From an uncultured bacterium (GTDB lineage: Bacteria; Oederibacteriota; Muellerivitia; Muellerivitales; Muellerivitaceae), in assembly GCA_964392085.1 (NCBI GenBank), contig CAYMOV010000001.1:3566-67565 (forward strand): a stretch of 64,000 nt of DNA. The letters are read 5' to 3'. The notes under the pieces are model-generated. The model was not told the DNA's origin. It saw only the letters and a list, made by a program, of their open reading frames with translations, and made no database searches. Shown piece by piece: positions 55,980-64,000 of the stretch (position 1 is the stretch's first letter; every line of letters starts with the position of its first letter). The translations under genes and the position numbers were made by a program.

Positions 55980-58427
55980 ATGTTCGAGCGATTCACGGAG
56001 CGGGCCAAAAAGGTCATCAACCCCCTGGCCAAAGAGGAATCCCGCCGCCTCAACCATAACTTCATCGGTACCGAACACCTGCTTCTGGGTCTCATCCGCG
56101 AAGGCGGGGGCGTCGCCGTCGCGGTGCTCGAATCCCTCGGCGTGGACCTGGAAAGCGTCCGCATTGAGGTGGAGAACCAGACCACCCCCTCCTCCGATAC
56201 CTTGACGATCGGTGACCCCCAATTCACGCCATCGGCCAAGAAGGTCCTGGAGTTGGCGGCCGAGGAGTCCCAAAAACTCGGGCACAATTACATCGGCACC
56301 GAACACCTCCTCCTGGGCCTGATCCAGGAAGGGGAGGGTGTCGCGGCCCGGTCCCTCGAGAACCTTGGCATCACCTATGAGAAGTCCCGGGACATGGTCA
56401 TCAACCTCCTCGGGGGCACCTTCCCGAAATTCTCGAAGCAATCGAAGAAGACCAAGACCCCCGCCCTCGACGCCTTCGGCCGGGACCTTACGCAATTGGC
56501 CCGGGACGGAAAGCTGGACCCGGTCATCGGCCGCGACGACGAGATCGAGCGCGTCATCCAGATCCTCTCCCGCCGGACCAAGAATAACCCGGTCCTGATC
56601 GGGGAACCGGGGGTGGGCAAGACCGCCATCGCCGAGGGCCTCGCCCAACGCATCCGGGAAGGCAACGTCCCTGAGATCCTATTGGACAAGCGGATCGTCA
56701 CCCTGGACCTGGCCGCCCTGGTGGCCGGCACGAAATACCGGGGGGAGTTCGAGGAGCGCCTGAAGGCGGTCATCAATGAGATCCGGACGTCCGGAAAAGT
56801 GGTGATGTTCATCGATGAACTTCACACCCTGGTGGGGGCCGGCGCCGCGGAAGGCGCCATCGACGCCTCGAACATGTTGAAGCCCGCCTTGGCGCGCGGT
56901 GAACTCCAATGCATCGGCGCCACGACCCTCAATGAGTACCGCAAATACATCGAGAAGGACGGCGCGCTTGAGCGCCGCTTCCAGATGGTGGTGGTGGACG
57001 AGCCCACGGTCGAGGAGACGGTCCAGATCATGAAGGGCCTCCGGGACCGCTACGAGGCCCACCACCGGGTCCGGTTCACCGACGACGCCCTTGAGGCGGC
57101 CGCCACCTTGTCGCACCGCTACATCACCGGGCGGTTCCTGCCGGACAAGGCCATCGACCTCGTCGACGAGGCCGGAAGCCGGACCCGCCTGCGACTCACC
57201 ACCATGCCGACCGAGCTCCGGACCCTTGAGAAGGAAATCGAAAGGGTCAAGCAGGAAAAGGAGGAGGCCATCAAGACCCAGGAATTCGAGCGGGCCGCCG
57301 ACCTCCGGGACCGGATCAAGAAGATGCGCCAGAAGCTGATGGAAGAGAAGGAAAAGTGGGAGACCCAGAAATCAAAGGCCGAGGCCGTGGTCACCTGGGA
57401 AGACATCGCTTACGTGGCCTCCAAATGGACCGGCATCCCCATGATCCGTTTGAACGAGAAGGAATCCGAGAAGCTATTGCGCATGGAGGAGGGCCTCCAC
57501 AAGCGCGTGGTGGGCCAGGACGAAGCCATCGGGTCCATTTCCAAGGCCATCCGACGCAGCCGTGCCGGTGTCGGTAACCCCAAGAAGCCCATCGGTAGTT
57601 TCATGTTCATGGGCCCCACCGGGGTGGGGAAGACCGAGTTGGCCCGCGCCTTGGCGGAGTTCCTCTTCGACAACGAGGACGCGCTGCTCCGCTTCGATAT
57701 GAGCGAGTACATGGAGAAATTCAACGTTTCGCGGCTGGCGGGCGCTCCGCCGGGTTACGTGGGCCACGACGAGGGGGGCCAGTTGACCGAGAAGGTCCGG
57801 CGCCGCCCCTACAGCGTGGTGCTTTTCGACGAGATCGAGAAGGCCCATCCCGAGGTGTACAACCTCCTGCTCCAGATCCTGGAGGACGGGCGCTTGACCG
57901 ACAGCATGGGCCGGGTCGTGGACTTCCGGAATACGGTCATCATCATGACCTCCAACCTGGGGGCCCGGGAGATCGGCAACTCCAAGAGCATGGGATTCCA
58001 GCCCGACAACGAGTCGGTCTCCTTCGACAGCATGAAGACCAAGATCCACCAGGAACTCAAGAAGAGCTTCAATCCCGAGTTCCTCAACCGGGTCGACGAC
58101 ATCCTCATCTTCCATCCTTTGGAGAGGAAGCACATCGAGGAGATCGTGGATATCCAGCTCAAGGACGTCCAAAAACGGCTGCAGGCTAAGGACATCATCG
58201 TGACGTTGGACGATTCGGCCAGGACCTTCCTCATTGAGAAGGGGTTTGACCGGGTTTACGGGGCGCGGCAGTTGAGGCGCACCATCCAGAAGTACGTCGA
58301 GGACGCCCTAGCCGAGGAGCTCTTGAGGGGAAAACTGAAGGACCACCAGCAGGTGAAGGTCCACGCCGCGGGTGACAAGCTGGAGTTCGAGCCGGCCACC
58401 AACACGGAAAGCGCCACACCCGCTTAA
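55980..58427 (+). CDS. clpC: ATP-dependent Clp protease ATP-binding subunit ClpC.
   Basis: Two Clp_N repeats, two AAA+ modules ([16 protein letters not shown]), a short UVR-containing middle domain, 815 aa. Confidence 0.92.
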   Translation: MFERFTERAKKVINPLAKEESRRLNHNFIGTEHLLLGLIREGGGVAVAVLESLGVDLESVRIEVENQTTPSSDTLTIGDPQFTPSAKKVLELAAEESQKLGHNYIGTEHLLLGLIQEGEGVAARSLENLGITYEKSRDMVINLLGGTFPKFSKQSKKTKTPALDAFGRDLTQLARDGKLDPVIGRDDEIERVIQILSRRTKNNPVLIGEPGVGKTAIAEGLAQRIREGNVPEILLDKRIVTLDLAALVAGTKYRGEFEERLKAVINEIRTSGKVVMFIDELHTLVGAGAAEGAIDASNMLKPALARGELQCIGATTLNEYRKYIEKDGALERRFQMVVVDEPTVEETVQIMKGLRDRYEAHHRVRFTDDALEAAATLSHRYITGRFLPDKAIDLVDEAGSRTRLRLTTMPTELRTLEKEIERVKQEKEEAIKTQEFERAADLRDRIKKMRQKLMEEKEKWETQKSKAEAVVTWEDIAYVASKWTGIPMIRLNEKESEKLLRMEEGLHKRVVGQDEAIGSISKAIRRSRAGVGNPKKPIGSFMFMGPTGVGKTELARALAEFLFDNEDALLRFDMSEYMEKFNVSRLAGAPPGYVGHDEGGQLTEKVRRRPYSVVLFDEIEKAHPEVYNLLLQILEDGRLTDSMGRVVDFRNTVIIMTSNLGAREIGNSKSMGFQPDNESVSFDSMKTKIHQELKKSFNPEFLNRVDDILIFHPLERKHIEEIVDIQLKDVQKRLQAKDIIVTLDDSARTFLIEKGFDRVYGARQLRRTIQKYVEDALAEELLRGKLKDHQQVKVHAAGDKLEFEPATNTESATPA

Positions 58428-58456
58428 TATCCGCTGAATTGAACGTTCGGCCAACC

Positions 58457-58495
58457 CCCCGGGAAGCCCAGTAGGCTTCCCGGGGTTTTTTCTTG
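58457..58495 (+). terminator. Rho-independent terminator after clpC.
   Basis: CCCCGGGAAGCC-CAGTA-GGCTTCCCGGGG followed by T8. Confidence 0.85.
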
Positions 58496-58560
58496 TCGGG
58501 CCGCCCCGGGATGGAACCGGGAACGGGGGAGGACCGTCCTATCCTTTGGAGCCATTTCGC

Positions 58561-61500
58561 ATGTTGAAGCCCGTTCATTCCTGGACCCGACGCATCGTCT
58601 TCCTCCTCGCGGGGGTGGGCATGGTCGGTTTGGGGGGGTACTTGTGGCTTCAATTTTCATTCCTCAACGGCGGCATCAAAAGGGACGCCGAGAAGGCCTT
58701 GGCATCCGCCCTGAAGGGGACCGTCTCGATCGGTTCGGTTTACGCCGATTGGAGGACCCAGGTGGTTTTCGACCGGGTCGAGTTTTCGGTCCCCGGAAAT
58801 CCCTGGGAGGCGCGGGTGAAGGTTCCCCGGGTTTCCCTGGCCCTGAGCTACAGCGACCTCATCCTCCGGAAACGCCCCCTGGTGGAATGTCTCCGCCGAA
58901 TCACCTTCGACTCGCCTCAGGTGACCCTCGTCAAATCCTCCGGCCCAACGGCCGTTTCCACGCCCGGCTCCACGGCGACTCCGGTCCCTGAAAACCTGCC
59001 CCTGCCCATCCTCCCGGCGGGACAGGTTTTTTTAAATGGCGGGGAATTTTTCATCCAACGGAACGGGCCCGCCTTGCCGGTCCTTACGGGTTTGGATCTT
59101 CAGGTGACCCGCCAATCGTCCGGTTGGGACTTGAAGGGGTCCTTTCATCCCCCCGCCAAGGGCGCCGGAGGTTGGGCGAAACTCACGGGAAGGATCCTTC
59201 CGGAAAGCGGCGAGGTCCACGGTCGGCTGGAAACGAAGGATTGGCCCCTCACCACCCTCTCGCCCCTGCTCCAGGAATGGGCGGGTTTGATCCCCCAATC
59301 GGGATGGATCGACGGGGATATCCCGTTCCGGATCCGGGGAGGGGCTGCCCCCACCTACCAAGCACGTCTTCTTTTAAGGGATGGGGCCTTGCGGCCGGAG
59401 CGTTCCCAGGGCCCGGCCTTGACGGGTATCCAGGCTGTAGCCGGCGTCCGACCCGACGAGGTGCGCCTGCTCCGACCGGCGGAGTTCAAGACCGGGACGA
59501 CCCAATGGACGTTGGCGGGCGTCATCCCCCTCAACGGGCAACCTGTTTCGCTGGACGCCTTCACGGACCATCTTCACTTGTCGGATTTGGTCCACGAGAT
59601 CCTTCAGCAGCCCAAATTGGAGGCCGAGGGGGCTGGTCGGGCCCATTTCTCAGTCGCCGGGGCCTTGTCCCAACCGGATCTCCGGGGGGAGGTCCATATG
59701 GGGGCGGGACAGGTCGGCCCCTGGAAAATCGAATCCCTGGATATGAAGGCCCTGTATAAGGACGGTATCCTTCAATTGGAGAAGGCCGAGGGGAAACTTT
59801 ATGACGGTACCCTCAGCGCATCCGCCCATTGGAACCCCTCCGCCGGACCGGACGGCCCCCTGGCCGCGAAAGTGTCACTGAAGAAAATCAGGACCCAACC
59901 CCTGGCCGAGCTTTTGGGCCTCAAGGATTGGGAGGGCCGGAACGATTTGGACGTGGAACTTTCCGGGTCCTGGGCCAAACCCATCTTCCAAGCCCACAAC
60001 ATCTTGACCATCCACCGGGAAATCCAAGGTAAGAGCCGCGATTACCTCTTCAAGAATTCCGTCAAACTCTCCGATAACCGTTTGTCGGTCTCGACGTCCA
60101 TCAACGGGGATACTAAGTTCGAGTCCGAATGGGCCGACGTGGGCGATGCCTGGGAGCTTCGGACGCTTCATTTAAGCTACGGCAACCAATCGAACCGCCT
60201 CAAGGGCCAGGGCCGCTGGCCCAAGAACCCGGGGAACCCCCTCGCGGTCAATTTCGAGGGGACCGACCTCGACCTGGCCCGGATCCCGTTCCTCCAAGAC
60301 CAATTCCCGGACGTGGCCGGAAAGATCCACCTGCAGGGGCAGGTCACGGGCACCCGGAAATCCCCCGTGGTCCATCTCCTGATGTCCTCGCCGGCGCTTC
60401 GGCTCGGCAAGAGGGCCCCCGATCCCATGAAGTTCGAGATGACCTGGACCCCCCAAACCCTCCATCTGAACCGACTGGAATGGGGAAGCCTCCTGAAGGC
60501 AGATGGGACGCTTGGATTGGGGGAGAAAGGGGCGATCGACGCGAGGGTGGAGGCGAAAAAGGTGCCTTTGTCCCTGCTCGCGGGGCTCCTGGCCCCCGCC
60601 TCGGAAAGCTCCACCAAATGGGACGGTTCACTGACGGGCTCCTTGAAGTTGGAGGGGACCACGGATTCCCCTCTCCTGGAGGGACATGCCCGTTTAGAGG
60701 ACTTCCGGGCGGGGCCCTTCGCGGCTGATTCCGTCGAGGCGAAGCTCAAGATCGAGAGTGACCGGATCCGGATCGTGTCCTTAACCGCCCTCCAGTCCAA
60801 CCCCCTGGGAAGGCTGGACGCCGTCGGATACCTCCAGGTGGGAGCCTCCCCCTCCCGAAGTGAACTAAAGGTCGACTTGAAGAATTTCCGTTTGGCGGGA
60901 GGTCCGCCCCTGGAAGGCCGGTTGTCCTGGTCCGCCCAGACGGAGGACAATTGGTCAAAATCCTGGAACGGTAAACTCACGGCCCCTGAACTGAAATGGA
61001 ACGCCTCCTCACCGGTCAAGCCTGGGTGGGCCTTTCCAGCCCTGGAAACCGCCTTGGTCTGGAAGGACGGCCTGCTGACCGCCGATCTCAAGGTGGGCTC
61101 GGAGATCAAGGGGATGGTATGGCTGGATCGATCCACGGAAACGACCATCCTGGAAACCCAACTACACATCGGCCCGATGGACCTTTCGGCCAAGGGTTGG
61201 TGGAACGATTTCCTCCCGGAGGGCTGGAAGCCGGAGGGCCTCCTCCAGGGTTTGGTGGAGATCCCCCGGGGTCCGATCGACCAGCCGAAAATCCAGGGAA
61301 ACCTCACGTTACGGAAGGGCCAAATCCACGGCTACCATTACGACCAAGTCGATTTCACGTTCACCGGGGACCGGGAAAAATTGAGCCCCAAAATCGCGTT
61401 GGTCCAAGGGTCGGCCCATTACGAATTGGCGGGTTCAATCGCCTCCCCCCAGGGCTTTTGGAAACCCGAGGCCCAAGTCGCCTTGGAGGGACCCTTCCAA

Positions 61501-64000
61501 GATGAAACCTTCGGAAACCTCCTCACGCTCTTGGGGGTGGACACCCACGGAAAACGGGTGGAAGGGTCGGTTTCCGGGAGCTTCCAGGTCGCCGGCACAT
61601 TGGGGAACCCCCGATTCTCCCTGACCGGCCAAGGCGAAAACATCCGGATCGACCAGTTCCTGGTGCCGGAGGCCGATTTGAACCTCTCGGCGGAGAATGG
61701 GGCCCTGATTTTGGGACGGAGCCGTCTTTCCACCGAGGGTGGGGAAGCCGTCTTTCAACAGGGAAGGATCGCGCCGGACCCGGACCACCCGGGCGCCTGG
61801 AGCGTCAGCTTTGACGGGGAGGCCCACAACCTCCCCCTCTCGGCCTTCAAACTCAACGGCCGGCTATCGGCGAACGGCACCCTGGTTCCCGATCCCAAGC
61901 CCGGCGAGTCCACTTTCAGCGGCAAGGTATCCTTTTTGGACGACCGACCGGACTCCCCGGGCGAAGTGTCCACGCACCTCGACTACCGCGCCGGGGTCTT
62001 CCGGTTCCAACCGTCGGGAGGGACCGGGAAATTGGTGGGGGTAGTCGACCTGTCCCAAAAAGGAAGGCTGGTCTTCAAGGACCTCCGATTCACGCACCTG
62101 ACCAGTTCCGTCTCGGTGGACGGGGTCTTGGACGAAAAGGGCCCATGCCAACTGACCAGCGATGCCCAGGGCATCCGCCTCGACAGCCTGGGAAAATGGC
62201 TGAATCCCCATTTCCCGCTCTCCGGGACGGGGAATTACCACCTGCTCGTCGACGGCACCTTGGACGACCCCATCCTCAACGCGTCCTTCAACCTCACGGC
62301 CGGGAAACTCTACCGCCTGCCCTTCAACCTGTTGGACGGGACCCTCTCAATCCGGAAGAACATCCTGCACCTGGGGACGCCCGAGAACCCGATCGAATTG
62401 CGCCGCGCCGGGTCGTTCGCCTTCACCCTTTACGGGGACATTCCCGTCGCCTTGACCGCCGAAAGCCGGAAAAGGATCCAAAACGAGGAAATGGACGTCA
62501 CGGCGGCCATGCCCCAGGGGGACTTGGGCCTGCTTTTGTTGGCGGGATTCGCCAAATCCGCCGAGGGCCCGCTCGATTTCTCCGCCCACGTCACGGGGAC
62601 CCTGGATCGGCCGGTGGTGAACGCCGACCTGGACTTCAAGGGCGGCCATCTCGCGCCCAAGATCATCGCCGAGTCCCTGGACGACCTTCGGGGGCGGATC
62701 AAGGTACGGAACAACCTGGTGGTGATCGAGGACCTGAACTGCCGGATCGGTCAGGGGCGCGTGTTCATCTGGACGCCCGTCGCGGAGGACTCCAAGATGG
62801 TCCTGGACGGTTTCACCCCCAGGTACTACGACCTCCGGGTCCGGACCGTCACCGAAAGGGGTGTTCTCCTCAACATCCCGGCCATCATGCGGCCGGGGGA
62901 ATGGGGCGAGGTCCAGTTTTATGGAAGCCGGAGGGAGGATCCCCTGTTGATCGTGGGTCCGGCCAACGATTCCCACGTCATCGGGACGGCCCTTTTGGAC
63001 AGCGGCCATTACACCTTCCCACCGGTGGTGGCCAAGAGCGAGTCCGGCGAGGAGATCACCTATAAGGAACTGGCCAACGTCAATTTCGAGTTGAACCTCG
63101 TCTCGGGGCGCGATTGCTGGTACTCCAACGATTTCAACACGAACTACCTGGAACTGAAGGTGAACCCCGGCGACAAGATCTTCATCGGCGGGAAGGACTC
63201 CAACCGGAGAGGTGACCGGGCGGGCATCCAAAGTCGGGGATCGGCCGGAAGCCGGGAAGGCTGGCTCCGTTACCTGAACCGGGAATTCAAGATCCAACAG
63301 GCCAGCATGCACATCCCCAAGGGCGAGATGCCGATCCTCCAGGGGAGGGCCACGGACAAGCTGAAGGATGTCGACATCATCACGCCGGGCGGCTCCCGGA
63401 AATCCGACGTGGATCTCTGGGTGGATTTCAATGGGCCCATCGGAGGCGTCGACTTCAAGCTTGATTCGAATCCGCGATTCGCCTCCGGAAACGACGAGGC
63501 GGCCAACCAGCAACTCCTCCTCTCTTACATCTTGTTCGGGCGGGACATGACCGGGTACACCCGTGAGGACCTCAAATCCACCTACGAGCAGCAGGTGGGC
63601 CAGCAGGCGGAGAACGCCGTTTTGGAGGCCCTGGACCGGGTTTCCTCCGTGGAATTGAGCCGCCGGGTCCGGCGCCTCACCCGGGGACTGGGCGGCATCG
63701 AGATCAACGTCCGCTCCAACCTCATCCAGGAAGCCGCCGGGAGGAATTCCGGGAACAGTTCGGGCGGCTCGGGACTTCCGGGGGGCGGTTCCCCGGTCGA
63801 CCCTTCCGGCAACAGCGCCGCCACCACGAGCCGGTCCCTCGCCAGCGTGGAGCTGAAGAAATATCTCGACCAGCGGATGGCCGTGGTCTCGAACTTCGGA
63901 CTCCGAAAGGACGACCTGACCGACCGGGCCTCGTTCCAGAAGCAGTTGGGCCTGGATTATGACCTGTCCAAGGAACTGAGCCTCAACACCCGGGTCGGGG
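58561..64000 (+). CDS. tamB: TamB/AsmA-family translocation-and-assembly module protein, 5' partial (over 1810 aa and runs off the window end).
   Basis: ATG at 58561. N-terminal TM anchor (RRIVFLLAGVGMVGLGGYLWL). Long beta-rich repetitive body. C-terminal-region DUF490/TamB-like block (QQLLLSYILFGRDM). Not in the ORF track because no stop falls within the window. The frame was verified at several points. Confidence 0.75.
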   Translation, partial: MLKPVHSWTRRIVFLLAGVGMVGLGGYLWLQFSFLNGGIKRDAEKALASALKGTVSIGSVYADWRTQVVFDRVEFSVPGNPWEARVKVPRVSLALSYSDLILRKRPLVECLRRITFDSPQVTLVKSSGPTAVSTPGSTATPVPENLPLPILPAGQVFLNGGEFFIQRNGPALPVLTGLDLQVTRQSSGWDLKGSFHPPAKGAGGWAKLTGRILPESGEVHGRLETKDWPLTTLSPLLQEWAGLIPQSGWIDGDIPFRIRGGAAPTYQARLLLRDGALRPERSQGPALTGIQAVAGVRPDEVRLLRPAEFKTGTTQWTLAGVIPLNGQPVSLDAFTDHLHLSDLVHEILQQPKLEAEGAGRAHFSVAGALSQPDLRGEVHMGAGQVGPWKIESLDMKALYKDGILQLEKAEGKLYDGTLSASAHWNPSAGPDGPLAAKVSLKKIRTQPLAELLGLKDWEGRNDLDVELSGSWAKPIFQAHNILTIHREIQGKSRDYLFKNSVKLSDNRLSVSTSINGDTKFESEWADVGDAWELRTLHLSYGNQSNRLKGQGRWPKNPGNPLAVNFEGTDLDLARIPFLQDQFPDVAGKIHLQGQVTGTRKSPVVHLLMSSPALRLGKRAPDPMKFEMTWTPQTLHLNRLEWGSLLKADGTLGLGEKGAIDARVEAKKVPLSLLAGLLAPASESSTKWDGSLTGSLKLEGTTDSPLLEGHARLEDFRAGPFAADSVEAKLKIESDRIRIVSLTALQSNPLGRLDAVGYLQVGASPSRSELKVDLKNFRLAGGPPLEGRLSWSAQTEDNWSKSWNGKLTAPELKWNASSPVKPGWAFPALETALVWKDGLLTADLKVGSEIKGMVWLDRSTETTILETQLHIGPMDLSAKGWWNDFLPEGWKPEGLLQGLVEIPRGPIDQPKIQGNLTLRKGQIHGYHYDQVDFTFTGDREKLSPKIALVQGSAHYELAGSIASPQGFWKPEAQVALEGPFQDETFGNLLTLLGVDTHGKRVEGSVSGSFQVAGTLGNPRFSLTGQGENIRIDQFLVPEADLNLSAENGALILGRSRLSTEGGEAVFQQGRIAPDPDHPGAWSVSFDGEAHNLPLSAFKLNGRLSANGTLVPDPKPGESTFSGKVSFLDDRPDSPGEVSTHLDYRAGVFRFQPSGGTGKLVGVVDLSQKGRLVFKDLRFTHLTSSVSVDGVLDEKGPCQLTSDAQGIRLDSLGKWLNPHFPLSGTGNYHLLVDGTLDDPILNASFNLTAGKLYRLPFNLLDGTLSIRKNILHLGTPENPIELRRAGSFAFTLYGDIPVALTAESRKRIQNEEMDVTAAMPQGDLGLLLLAGFAKSAEGPLDFSAHVTGTLDRPVVNADLDFKGGHLAPKIIAESLDDLRGRIKVRNNLVVIEDLNCRIGQGRVFIWTPVAEDSKMVLDGFTPRYYDLRVRTVTERGVLLNIPAIMRPGEWGEVQFYGSRREDPLLIVGPANDSHVIGTALLDSGHYTFPPVVAKSESGEEITYKELANVNFELNLVSGRDCWYSNDFNTNYLELKVNPGDKIFIGGKDSNRRGDRAGIQSRGSAGSREGWLRYLNREFKIQQASMHIPKGEMPILQGRATDKLKDVDIITPGGSRKSDVDLWVDFNGPIGGVDFKLDSNPRFASGNDEAANQQLLLSYILFGRDMTGYTREDLKSTYEQQVGQQAENAVLEALDRVSSVELSRRVRRLTRGLGGIEINVRSNLIQEAAGRNSGNSSGGSGLPGGGSPVDPSGNSAATTSRSLASVELKKYLDQRMAVVSNFGLRKDDLTDRASFQKQLGLDYDLSKELSLNTRVG

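Overview
This 64 kb window is from a high-GC, diderm-type bacterial chromosome and is densely packed with about 55 genes, mostly on the + strand. The diderm call rests on LptD, an LptF/G-family permease, LolCDE, TamB and FadL/PorV-like outer-membrane barrels. It is mostly core genome: LPS transport (lptF/G-like, lptD-like), uvrA, a Crp/Fnr regulator, a polyprenyl synthase, an 11-gene nuoABCDHIJKLMN operon with no nuoEFG, and a heme cluster (sirC-like, hemX-like, hemA, hemC, cobA-hemD fusion, hemB, hemL). It also carries ymdB, 5-formyl-THF cyclo-ligase, rarA, glgP, zapA, pheT, prfB with its programmed +1 frameshift, lysS, lolCD, mcsA-mcsB-clpC and the 5' part of tamB. I found no rRNA, tRNA, CRISPR array, transposase or integrase. 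Several regions are not housekeeping. (1) A secreted 800-aa proline-rich LPPLPG-repeat protein with near-perfect 72/144-bp tandem DNA repeats sits downstream of a FadL/PorV-like outer-membrane barrel. (2) A tightly coupled four-gene envelope cassette at 31.3-33.7 kb pairs two secreted proteins that share a C-terminal TPR-like domain on Thr/Pro-rich tethers (one anchored by an outer-membrane beta-barrel) with two DUF2007-like small proteins. (3) A GT-C glycosyltransferase fused to a PA14 domain, plus a second GT-C enzyme, could act on those Thr/Pro-rich tethers. (4) A roughly 600-bp AT-rich island holds an orphan ORF and replaces the 3' end of the PA14 gene. (5) zapA carries a 290-aa coiled-coil extension. 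(6) The consensus promoter of the Crp/Fnr gene has a C10 homopolymer in its spacer. Gene order is Firmicutes-like in places (hemAXCDBL-like order, mcsAB-clpC, pheT-zapA, ymdB) despite the diderm envelope. All calls come from reading the sequence and ORF translations; no database searches were run.
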